A stretch of DNA of 64,000 nucleotides from Amphiscolops sp. MND2022 (taxonomy: Eukaryota): positions 17,300,001 to 17,364,000 of the forward strand of contig OZ076409.1 in NCBI GenBank assembly GCA_964187785.1, in the 5' to 3' direction. A program made the position numbers and the translations under genes. Each line of letters opens with the position of its first letter. The stretch's first letter is position 1. The notes under the pieces were generated by a model. The model was not told where the DNA came from and made no database searches. It saw nothing but the letters and a program-made list of their open reading frames with translations. Shown piece after piece: positions 1-11,694 of this stretch.

Positions 1-799
1 AAATCCTAGGTGCGTAGATTTAATCACGATAACCAGATTTGCAAATTTTTGTTTTATAGTGGGCACTCTTCTAGTATAAAGTGCCCGACTATTACAGTGG
101 CTAGTTTTTTTTCGTCAGACCAAAAAGCTCACCCTGTATGTTCCAGTTTTTGTGCATTATGTACTTTTACCATAGGCACTCAGTACTTCATTTTGGACGC
201 ACCCAAACCCTCTAACATGAAATACAAAACCATTCCGAAGCAGAAGTGTCCCCTTTCCAATTTTTTGTCACTATGAAACTTTTCGGCTTTGAGACTTTTT
301 TTGAGTTTTACAACAAACTGGATTTCCAAAAAGCCTAAAGGATCTCCCTTTTTCAATTTTAAAAACTTTGCGCTTTTGTTTGAAATTTCGTTTCAAACTT
401 TGCGTTTTTTGTTTCCGTTTGTTTCAAATTGTATTGTGAATTTCTTATTAATTAAGTTTAATCTGACAAAATTAAAATGTTTTGAGGAGGACACAAGGTT
501 GTGGAAAGCATCCGTTTGCCCTGGTAGAGGTATCCAATTGACATGAGTTCCGATTTGTTTCACGATTTTGATTTTGCTTGCTGTGTTTCACATTGTTTGA
601 AGTTGCTTTCTTGTTCTTCTAACTAAGGAGAGGATAACGTAAAATCATACAATTTTGAGTGCGCTCGGGTACATTTTTTCAATCTTGTCAAAAATTTTTA
701 AATTTAACGAGAAAATCCTTAGATTAGTTTTTTTCTCTTCACCTATTAACTTCAACTGTGCGCTTACCACAAAGTACGTTGGTAGTAGACGAAGTTTGA

Positions 800-3700
800 G
801 TTATAGGAACGAAGGCGGTCTTTATGGATTCGGCCCCGTGGTTTTCACGAATCGACTTAAGTTATTATACAAGATGGTACAAACTCACTCCTGAAAAAGC
901 AACAGATAGATGTCCCACAGGTTTTCGAGAGTTATAAAGGTCTGGTTCAAACTATACTTGACAAATTTCACCCGGACCATCTAGTTCTCTGCGAGGTGCC
1001 TTTGATAAAAGAATCTGAAAGAAACAAAGTAAAAAATAGTCGTATCATGGAATACAATGAACTGATATCAAAGTTTGCTGAATCGGCAGATATCAGTACA
1101 AAACTGAGGGTACTGTCAGTGGCCAAGAGTATGCAGAGTTTCTCCAAAATGAATGATCTTTTCTATGATGAAATTCATTTCAATTATGAAACTGGGCTAA
1201 TTTTCCTTAAAAATGTACTACTATCAGCTCTTCTTACAACATCAAATGGGCTCCCGTCCGAGCAAAGACAGCACCACCAGACAAGATACCCTCATTAAAG
1301 ACAACAAATGTATTCTTATGGACAATACCGGTATCCGCAGCAAACTTACAATTATCTGTATTGTTTTAACACAGTTCTAATCAATGGGAGTTACTTGAAC
1401 TACGTTCCTGGTTCTAGACTACTAAATCATGGTTACCTTCCTTCTTCTCCTAACTGGAATGTCCGCGTACACAAGAGATGGAGACTCGGACACATTCTAC
1501 TTGTACTGTAAAAATATGAATGTTAATCCCCCAACAAACAATGTTTTTCGTACAGTAAGTTATGGGTTGAAATCCTTTTGAGATGAACAAAGTTTTTTGT
1601 ACAGCTTTTTGATAATGCTACAATCTGGTGAACTAAATCCTGGACCCTTGAATATATACAAGGAAGTCACAAAAAATTCAAAAAAAATGAGTGTAATCTA
1701 AAATTTTTCTTGTAAATTGCCAACGCATTGTACAGAAAAAGGGACAACTAGAAGTAATAATGCAAGATCTTGGGGTAAACATTGTCTATGGCATCTCTGA
1801 AACCTGATTGAAAAGAGACAATGGAGCCCCTTTCTGGGAGCTCAACAAAGACAACTTCAAAACTTTCCGATCCGATAGAAAAATGATGAGTAAGAATAAA
1901 GGTGGTGGAGTAATGCTTTTTGTACCCAAATCTCTGAATTCTAAAGTTCGTAAAGATATAAACTATTTGGATAAGGAATCATTTGAAAGCCTATGGGTTG
2001 AGTGTAATATTGATAATGGAACAAACAAAAAGAAGCAATTGATTAATATCAGTTACAATCCGAATAAATCTCTAATAAATAATTTTTTTGGGAGAGTTAT
2101 CTACAAGCTTTGACTCAGCTAGTGTAGAAAACAAACCGATCACACTCATGGGTGATTATAACATAGATTATCTAAACGTCAAAGAGAAAGAATGTCTTGA
2201 AACAATACTTTTACCATATGGTCTGCAGATTGTGAATACTGAGCAGCCAACTCGGGTAAAAGGTAACAGTCAATCAATAATTGACTTTATTATTACTGAT
2301 CTCTCGAATTCTAAGTGTTTTGAAGCGATAATGTCAGATACACCATTAAGAACATTGAAAAACGCTGGAATAGACAACTGGGCAACATCAACATTAACGT
2401 CGATTCAAATGAGAAAGAAATCAAAAGTTACTATCGAAGAAGTCTACATTGAATGACATTATTGAAAATGCGCTTCGAAAGTGTGCTCCGAAAAAAGGTA
2501 TTCATCCGGAACGACAGAAGTGGCTTAGTCATACGTCAAAAATGGATCAAAAATGAAACGAAAAGTCTTACAAGACGCCCGCTAAGCACCGGGATATTTT
2601 CCGCGACACTCTTTCTCCAAAAAAAAGTATGGCGAAGGAGAGGATCGAACCCACGACCTACTGGCTGGGAAACAAAAAAGTCAAGCACCAGCCTGGGTTC
2701 GAACCCAGGACCTACAACCTGACTGAGCCACGGTAATTGAACAAAGTGCATAAATAGAGTGGAGTTTTGGCAGAAAAACGCATCACAGATCGTGATTTTC
2801 CTCCCCCATTTATGTGGGCGGATAATAATAACATCGAATTTGAAACCTAACATCACAGTCTACACAGCATTAAAAAGTCAGTTTCTCGACAACATTCAGA
2901 ACGATCGATTGAACGATCAAAAAAAATTGTTCAAGACTCTCACGACTGAAAAGGGAAAAAGGAATTTTATCAAAGTTCGGAATGAACAAGACGGAAACGT
3001 CTAAAGTCGGCGCCATATCTAAGGCTCAAAAAGCTCAAACTTTTTGAAATTTTAAAAGGTTTTGGGTTTTTTGAAAATCCAATTTGTTGCGGGGTGTAAC
3101 GTCTCAAACTTCGGATATATTGTGCTGGCCCAAATGGGAGCGCTTTTTGAACCTCCGCCTCCTCCTTGGTAAAACGGAATATAATTCGGATATAACGTCA
3201 AAAATTCGGATATAGTGCTTTACTCAGGATATTAGGTTCAAGTTTCGGATAGTTTTGGAAAAATTATTGGTAAATATATACTGAGAAAACCTAATTTTAG
3301 ACGAAAAATGACAATTTTAACAGTCTCATAGTGCCGAAAAATCTAAAATAGGGGACCCTTTGGGATTGTTTAATATCTATTATGTTACAAAATATTTTAA
3401 AAATTGAAGGGGGGACCCTTTCGAGACCTTAGAAAACTATTCGAGAAAAAAACGAAAAATCGAAAAATAAGAATTTTGAGCCAGTCTCATAGTGCCGAAA
3501 AACTAGAAAGGGGAGACCCTTTGGGCTTTTTGAAACTTCAATTTGCTGTAAAATATCAAAAAACTCGAAGGGGGGACCCTTTGGAGACAAAAAAACTCGA
3601 AAAAAAGTTGCATAGTGCCGAAAAAACTCAAAGGGGGGACCCTATAGTCTTGTCCTGTTTTGTATCTTACGATAAAAATGGAGTAACTGAAAGGGGGGAC

Positions 3701-5690
3701 CCTTTGCACTATCCTAAATGCGCTCCCCGTTTGCCAGTCCAGTAGTTTAGTACTGCAATTAGTTGTTGAACGTTAATTTTAACGTTCGTCGCTTCGAGTC
3801 TGTCTTAAAAAAAGAAAAAAAACGAGTGACTGTAATAGTCGGGCTCTTTTAATAATAAAAGCGCCGACTGAAAACGAACGAAAACAGAAATAAGAAGCTT
3901 AAGAAATTGTTTTGATGACATTGTCACTGATGAGAAAAAAAATTGCCAACCTTTTGAACTATCGCTTCTCCAAATTGGGTGACTACCTTGGTGAAACAAA
4001 ACTCTATCCCAAATCGATTGAAGTGTATTGTCAAAAAAGTTTCAATTTCAACCCGTAAGTCTTTTCCAATGCAAAATCGGATCAAAAAGTTAAACATCAA
4101 TAAACCTTTATGCCCATTATCTATCCCTGCATGGGCTTTGAAATATTGCCTAAATGTTGTTGCTGAACCTCTATGCTTTTTGATTAACAGTTTCTTAGAT
4201 ATAGGTGGGTTCCCCAATCATTTAAAACAAGTATTTGTTGTTCCAATTTACCAAAAAGGCGATGTCGAAGAACCTAACAGCTGTCGACCAATTTCCATCA
4301 CTTCGGTTCCATCAAAGATCTTTGAAACCGTTTTGAAGGGTCAAATCGTCGAATTTTCGGATGAAAATAATCTTTTAAGTTACAGTCAGTTCGGTTTTCG
4401 CTCTCATTTTTTATCAGATGCGCTGCTTTTTGCAACAGACCATTCGAAAACAGATTCATGAAAAAAAAACATTGTAGCGGCCGCTTTCCTTGATCTATCA
4501 AAGGCCTTTGATTCAATATCACACTGCATCCTTCTTGAAAAATTAAAGGAACTCAATTTCGAGGACAAAGCAATTTCAGTTATAAAGAACTATCACAGGA
4601 AGAATTCAGAAAGTCTCACTGGATTCATGTAATTCTGATTGGATCGAAATATATCAAGGTGTTCCTCAAGGCACAGTATTAGGGCCTCTTTTTTTCTCAA
4701 TATTTATGTAAATAGTATGAAACAGACCATCTCCAATCAATGTAAATTGGTACAATATACAGACGATACCATGATGTTATGTTTTTATTAAATGAAAATC
4801 ATGCTCTCAACAAGTTGGAAAAAGATATTGAACAATTCATACTTATTTGAAAATCATCGGCTGACAATCAATGCAGACAAAACAGAATTTATACTTTCTT
4901 GTAAACCATCAAAAAATAACGATGTCAAAAGTTACAAATTGCACGTGAAAGATCAATTATTGAAACATTCGAACTCAGTCAAATATCTGGGATTTTTCAT
5001 TGATCAGAATCTTACATTTCAAAATGAAGTAAAAAAGTATTTTGCAGAAAATGAGTTGTGGTATCAAACGTCTTTACTCAATACGAGATCTGTTTCCTTA
5101 AAAAACACGATTGATGCTGTTAAGCGCATTGGTAGTTAGTCATTTACAGTATTCGGCTCAGCCGAATACTGTAAATGACTAACTACCAATGCAGGCTGTT
5201 CTTTTGACCGGAATTACTGAAAATCTAATGATCACGTTAGAGAAACAGCTTATCTGGGCTATTAAGGCATGTGTTTTGCACTAAATACGGTAATTCCTCA
5301 GATCTGAAATTACAGTATAAAATTTTACCGATACGATATTTGCTCAATGTGAAATCGGTACTTTATCGTTGGAAATGGAAAAGCAAAATGATCCCGGCTC
5401 TCATCGGTGAAAATGAACCATCAACCGCTCAGCTCAGATTTCTTGAAAGAACAGATATACTTGTATATACTAGGCGCTGTGAGAGTTCTTTCATGAGAAA
5501 CAGCTTTTTAAAGAAAACAGTCCCTCTTTGGAACACCTTGCCGAAAAACTTGAAAACTAAGTATATAAAAAAACTAAAACTCATATACAACTATAAAGAA
5601 CAAGACCAAAGCTTTTTAACTCAAACAACTTGAAAGAAGTGGATACACCTAGATTACGGTAAAAAATGTTGGAGGGATTATCAATTTAGG
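800..5690 (+). mobile_element. Decayed APE-type non-LTR retrotransposon (L2/CR1-like LINE), probably inside an upstream intron of the syntenin gene
   Basis: Frameshifted and stop-interrupted motifs in LINE order. ORF1 SGNH-like (IIQDGTNS ~861-887, YDEIHFN ~1164-1184). APE endonuclease (GISET*L, NKGGGVMLFV, ESLWVE, LMGDYNID, PTR..IIDFII, ~1780-2400). RT (CRPISITSVPSKIFE, QFGFR, AFLDLSKAFDSI, GVPQGTVLGP, YTDDT, ~4280-4770). C-terminal PLWNTLP at ~5520. Interrupted by inserts at ~2570-2870 and 2985-3873. Ends are approximate. Confidence 0.9.
2985..3873 (-). mobile_element. HINE-like (Helentron-type non-autonomous) element, family A, inserted in the LINE
   Basis: Reverse-oriented family A termini: aacaagacggaaacgtctaaagtcggcgc at 2985 and agtcgggc...aaaagcgccgact at ~3837-3869. 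Internal ggggaccctttg / atagtgccgaaaa modules. Confidence 0.8.
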
Positions 5691-6411
5691 TAAATGTTCT
5701 TGTTTTTCATTTCAACCTCAATATTTTTAATTGTATTTGTACACTACTTTTTTACTGATTCTTTCATGATTTTAGTAATAAAGGTCAATACAGTTTTTTG
5801 TTGAAATTTTTCTTACGTGACCTTACTGGCTGTTACGTGACCTTACTGATCTAGCAGAGACGACTCATATTCTATTTGATTGTTTCGAGGCTTCCTTCAA
5901 ACGGGCCTTTGCCCCTGGAAGTCTCTTCTGCTGAATTTGTTTTCTTTGAGTTGCTCGTTGTTTTGTTAATTGAATTTTTCGATTAAATGTTACGCACAAT
6001 TCAACAGAAAAATTCAAGAATTTTTTGTTGACCATCATTTCCTTCGACCGGTAGTAATTTCCTTCAGTAAAGTTTATGGCTAGTGAACAACGTTTCCAAT
6101 CGACTTGAGTTAAACCTGCTCGTGATTTTCTGTTTCGTTTTTGGAATCAACTCGATTGATTGCCACGGAATATTGCCTGAAGTCTGCTACAGTTACAAAG
6201 CGTTTTGAATTTTTGAACTATTTTCAAATGTTCTGTAAGAGTTTTCCATTGACTTTCTGAAACGAAGATTGGAGGAAAAAGTTCTTGGAATTCTTTTTGG
6301 TGAATTCTTCAATCTGAAACGAGTTTTTGGATATCAATCAATCCTTTGGCAAGCAGTCAATTCTTGTTATTTGATAGGAGTCCTTGAATTGTTAAATGTT
6401 CCTTTTTGCAG

Positions 6412-9400
6412 GGAGTGTTTGTGCAGTTCGTGGCAGAGGACAGTCCGGCTGCGTTCGGAGGAATGAAGTTCGGGGATCAGATTTTGTCGATTAACGACGA
6501 ACTCATCGCCGGATACTCTGCTGACAAAGTGCACAAGTTGCTCAAGAAAGCGGAACCCAACAACATTCGACTCGCTGTCCGAGACAGGTATCTTTGTTAA
6601 CATCTCTCATTCACAAGTTTCTTCTATCATGTAGCAAAATATGCTAAAATATATGTACTCATTGAATCAGCATCAGTATCATATGGAGAAAATTTTCTGT
6701 TCGAAATTAGTCGAGCTTTTCTGTTTAAAGGATCTTCCAATTCGCTGTTTTATCTCTCCCGAATTTCAAAAGCCAGACGGTGTATTTCTTTTTCTGTTCC
6801 AGACCGTTCGAGAGGATCATAACAGTGACAAAGGACTCGACTGGTCTCACTGGCTTCGGCTTCCAGGATGGGCGAGTGGTCAGTATCGTGAAGGACTCGA
6901 GCGCGGCCAGAAACGGCATCGTGACTGACCACCAAGTGGTGGAGATCAACGGCAGAAATGTGATCGGACTGAAGGACAAGCAAATTTGCAAGTTCATCGA
7001 AGAAGGCGGTGACGTCATCACTGTCACGCTCATGCCTTCTCTAATCTACGATCACATGATCAAAAAGTCAGTAGCAGCCCTATTCTATCCCTTGTTTTTA
7101 GTCGGCGCTTCATGAAGTGAAACGCGACTATTATAGTGACTTTTCTTTTTTTTTTTTTTTTTTTTTCAATCCACACGAACTGACCAAAATAGTTCTTAAA
7201 AGTTCTACAAAATATTATTGGTCCAAAATGCACTATTTGGTCTAGCGAACTGAACCAAAAAGGTTTTTCCTGTTTTTCCGCGTAACAAACCATACCGGGC
7301 GAGACCAAAGACTCCCCCTTTCATTTTTTTCGGCACTGCGAGACTTTTTTTCCGAAAAAAAATTTTTTCCCCAAAGGGTCCCCCTGCATTTTTTTGATGT
7401 TTTGCGACAGAATGGATGTTGAAAAATCCCAAAGGGTCCCCCCTTTCAGTTTTTTTCGGCATTGTGAGATTTTTTCCCGAAAATGAAAATTTTTGTTTTC
7501 TTCAATTTTTTCATGTTTTGCGACAGAATGGATGTTGAAAAACCTCAAAGGGTCCTCCCTTTCAGTTTTTCGGCATTGTGAGACTTTAGCGCGCCAGGGG
7601 CTCGCGCTAGCGAGCCCCGGCGCGCCACTCGGTCCATTTTTTTTGAGTATGTAATTTTTTCGAAAAATTTTTTTTCAAAAAATTTCGATTTTCGAGTACT
7701 GTAAAAGAGTACTTGACACTTGGAAGTCGTTTTGCTATTTTTGAGCCTTGGATATGGCGCCGACTTGGGCCGGTCCCGGCTTGTTTCAAATAAAAGTCGC
7801 GGCTCCTACTATTGGTTTCGTTGACACTTTGCGGCTTTTAATTTTTGGGACTCGGAAAAAAATTCAACTGCTTGTGCACTCTTACCTCTACCGATCTTTC
7901 AATGAAAATTTCGATTTTCTCAAAAACTGTCCATATTATTTTTAGTCGGCGCCTTTTCCCTTAAGGAAAAAAGCCCGACTCTTACAGTGAGTAGTTTTTT
8001 TTTTTTGTTTTTTTCAGTTGACAATCTCACTCTGAGTGGTCCACTTTTCTTACAATTCTGCAATTCTGCGCAGAAGGCAAACTTTACTCCAAAGGGTCCC
8101 CCTTTCAGTTTTTACTTTTTCAAGGAAACATACACAACCGGACGTGCCCAAAGGGTCCCCCCTTTGGATTTTTTTCGGCATTTTGCGACTTAAAAAATAC
8201 TTTTTTTCGAAAAAAATTTCAAAAATAATTTTTTTGAAAAATTTTTTTTTCCAAATTTTTACAATAGTTGTTCCTTGAATATTTTTGAGCCTGAGATATG
8301 GCGCCGACTTGGGACGTTCCCGTCTTGTTATTTCTGCGATAGCAGGAATATTATTGAAACCTCAACATTTCCACTTTTTTTTCAGAAAAATCTTTGTCGT
8401 GATACTGAAACAATCAGAAATTTTGTTCGGTAGTGAGTATAAGCATGAGATATAAATTTCTCAAGCTGCCGACAACAATTCGTTTCTCGTGCGATGGAAC
8501 GAGCGAGTGGTATTTATGCTTTCGTACGCCGAGTGATTGAGATGAAGCGAACGAGTGTTAATTATTCGTACGCCGAGTTCATGAAATGAAGTGAATGAGT
8601 GTAAATTATTCGTTCGCCGAGAGCTTCCCCTGCATTTAAATGCGAATGTGAAACTTCGTCTACGCTTAGTAGTTATATTTGCTGTAGTCCGAGAGGAATT
8701 AAAGATAGTGATTAATTGTGCGCTAAGTAGTGATTAAACAGGAGTGTATTGGTATTCCAGATGATTCTATTATTGAAAATGAAAGATTAAAGCAGAAATA
8801 ATACTGAGCCCCGGAGGGGCCCATTTTTAAAATAAATTTTAGCAGTCATTCTACACGCAAAGGTGCTCCTGTGTGCGCAATGACATCAAAGTCGTCTTTT
8901 TGGTATCTGAGAAAGATAGCCAAAGTTTGTCCGAAATTTATCAAAAAAGGCCGTTTTTGGACACAAAAACTCTCCATACGATTCGAACAATTTTTTTTTA
9001 AATCATCATGCGCCATATTAGGGTCCTTTGTGTTCAATGATTTCAAAATCGTATGACTAGGATCTGAGAATCATAGCCAAAATTAATCCAAAAATGATCA
9101 AATGACTAAGTACACTTTTTGTTTTTCTATAGTTTAAATCCGTTTCCGACTCCTTTGCCGCACATGCGGCTCTGGTTGAGGTTGTTTCTAAAATTTTTCG
9201 CCCATAATAGTGCCCATATTTAGCTTTTTTTGCAGTAGACCAAGCTGTGAGTTTGAGAGTACCTTAGTTATTCTAGGAAAAGCAACTTGAGGCAAATCTT
9301 ACAATCTATTTCTCGAACACGGCGGTGATTTTTGAAAAAATGTTAAAGATTTTTATCCAGTTTACAAATATGTTTGTTTGAAAAATATGCGATGAAAATT

Positions 9401-9970
9401 TTAGAAGTTACGAAAGGCCATTTTAGTCAAGTTTAGTTCAAAATTAATTTCTTTCTCACTTCTGGTCTACTTTTGCTCATTAGGGGATTTAAATCGACCC
9501 CCTCAATTTATACCGAAGTCCCTGAAATGTTTTGATTTAAAACTTTACTCTTGTAAAATCTTCCAAAAAAAGGCTGGAAAGTTAGGCTTTTTTGAAACTC
9601 GTGTATTAATCAAGATACTATTTTGAAATTTAACAACATAAAACAAGCTCATACTAAAACAATTTACTATATTTTTGAGGAAAAAAATTATACTGAGATG
9701 AGAAATATCCGGGAGATAATATTTCGTAATCAAAAATGTTTAATTGGGTGAAAATTCAAAAAACTCACTGAAGTTTTAAAAATAGCTCTCGGCCAATAGA
9801 ATGTGCGCGTGAGACCCTAATTAGCCACGGAGATTTGCTTATTCGTTTTATCTGCGTGCTTTGTTGCTTTTTAAAATCAGTTATATGCTTTTGTTTTTGA
9901 AGCTCCATGTTTTTGTTTCAGGATTGGCAGCTTGATCAAATCGATGGATCATTCCAAACCCGAATGTTGA
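6412..9970 (+). CDS. SDCBP: Syntenin (syndecan-binding protein, tandem PDZ), last three coding exons; 5' exons not seen
   Basis: Exons 6412-6587, 6803-7066 and 9922-9970 with GT-AG sites and consistent phases. Translation GVFVQFVAEDSPAA...GDQIL...AVRDRPFERIITVTKDSTG...SSAARNG...IYDHMIKKIGSLIKSMDHSKPEC* matches syntenin PDZ1-PDZ2 and the MDH..PE. C-terminus. Confidence 0.92.
7095..7785 (+). mobile_element. HINE-like element, family A (full length)
   Basis: 5' ttttt-agtcggcgc plus hairpin partner cgcgact. 3' gcgccgact (inverted subterminal repeat), gccgg-tc-ccggc hairpin, ttgtt. Closely similar copy at 31455-32087. Confidence 0.85.
7939..8329 (+). mobile_element. HINE-like element, family A (short variant)
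   Basis: agtcggcgc at 7944, gcgccgact at 8301, gacg-ttcc-cgtc hairpin, ttgtt end. Confidence 0.82.
8328..8828 (+). mobile_element. HINE-like element, family B (~500 bp)
   Basis: 5' ttatttctgc-gata-gcaggaata hairpin. 3' gcagaaataa inverted repeat, gcccc-gga-ggggc hairpin, T-run. Internal ~45-bp tandem units. Further copies at 17615, 24847 and (partial) 47087. Confidence 0.85.
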
Positions 9971-11202
9971 GTAGTGCCCAAAAAACGATGCTGATTTGGT
10001 TTCAGTAGTTCCTTCTTCACTAGTTTTTATATATTCCATTCAGTTTTCATTCCGTTGAAAAGTGAGATAAAAATTGAATTGTTTTTTTTCTTGTGAGAAA
10101 AATTAATGTTGATGTGAGGAAGGGAAAATGAAGAAAAAGAACTCAAGTTCATCCGTCACAACTGAATTATACACACTTCATTATCTGCCCATCATCGATG
10201 TCGTTGGACATCATGTCTACAATGGAAATTTGATGTATTTTTGATGATTTGCATGTCGCAGATATGTTTCGATGTTAGATAGATGTTCAGTCAGTGTTAC
10301 TAATTACATACAAATCGACGGATGTTTGTCTCTTGTCATTATAAATGTCTCCTATTTAATTGAATTGTGCGACCCGACCCGTTATGAATTTCTATTTTTA
10401 TACGTCTGCAAATGTGCAAAGATTGGCTAAAGTATTGTGCAGTTTGGTTTAGTTAGAAACAGCATCGTAAATAGGGAAACCTCCATTTTAGATTTCATGT
10501 TGCTAATTTTTGATGATCTCCAATAATGAATAAATTTTTCTTCCCTCCAAGTTTCTTGTAGATCCTTCTAGTTATTCGTTTTTTGACATATCAGCAGGGA
10601 TTGGTTGTATGTCGTGTACAACAGTTTTTGCCGTGTATCGTCCCATTTATTCCAAAGTCAGCCTATGACAGCTTATAAGCAGCATATAACTGATTTCGAC
10701 TAACTTGCAAAGTATCCACTTCGTCTAACCAACTTGACCCGTTCATACACTGTTGAATACCTATTAAAGTTGCGAGCCTATTTTCCATAGTTAAGTCCTG
10801 GGTTAGTTCAGAATTACAGTGATTCGGATTATTTAGAACTCTTAGGTTAACATAACATGAACTTTCAACATGGGCATTGAACAAAAAGTCATTTGATCAC
10901 CGCCCCCTTCACTTTTCAGAACGTTTCCGATTTGAAAAAAGCGTTTTGCAAGCCTAAAGGGTCTCCTATCGGCGGTTTCGGTACTATGTGAATTTTTCAA
11001 AAGTTTGAGTTTTTTTATGTTTACCGATAGGGAAAAAGCTGTTTTCGCGTCTCAAAGGTACTGGAAGTCCTTCGAATTTCTTTCGAACCTAATATCGATT
11101 TAAAAGTCTCGCAATAGTTTTTCCCTAGAATATTTGAAACTTCGGTCGTTCCTGACTTGTTCTTGGTGTAAGCGCTTTTCCGTATAACCTTTGCTAATGG
11201 GA

Positions 11203-11694
11203 AACAAGACAAAAGCGTCTCTATCCGGCTCTTCGCCTAAGGTTCAAGAAGAGCAGTCTCGTGAATATGCTCAGAGTGGCTTTTAGCAAATTCTCAATTT
11301 TCAGAAATCCGAAGCGGCGCCTTGTGGCTTCGGAAAACAATTTTCTCGGTCTGAAAACATCGAAAAACCGATATCAGTCTGAAAGTTTTTTTTTCCCGAA
11401 GTTAAAACAGGGGGAAAACCGAAGGTGGCCTTTGTAGAATTTAAAAAAAATTATAGTACCGAAAAACCCCCTTGATAATGTCAATATTCGCAAACATTAC
11501 AAAATTAGTCCTCGGTCGGAATCGAACCCTCAACTCTCTGCTTGGTGAGCACGCATCCTAACCACCAGGCCAAGTGGCGACGTGAGGAAACTGCTCAATA
11601 AGTGGGTCATTCTGTGCGAGATCTGTGGTCAGACAAAAAAACTTGCACTTGTAAGTGTCGGGCATTTTTTGTTACAATAAGCGTCGACTAAAAA
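11203..11694 (-). mobile_element. Diverged family A HINE-like element carrying a tRNA-like cassette
   Basis: aacaagac at ~11203 and gtcgggc...agcgtcgactaaaaa at ~11657-11694 (reverse termini). A-box/B-box segment at 11508-11578. Confidence 0.65.

Noticed and set aside
5813..5848. Short tandem duplication ttacgtgaccttactg x2 (similar small duplications at ~21549-21595 and ~55001-55033)
   Set aside because: Ordinary local slippage-type duplications with no sign of function.
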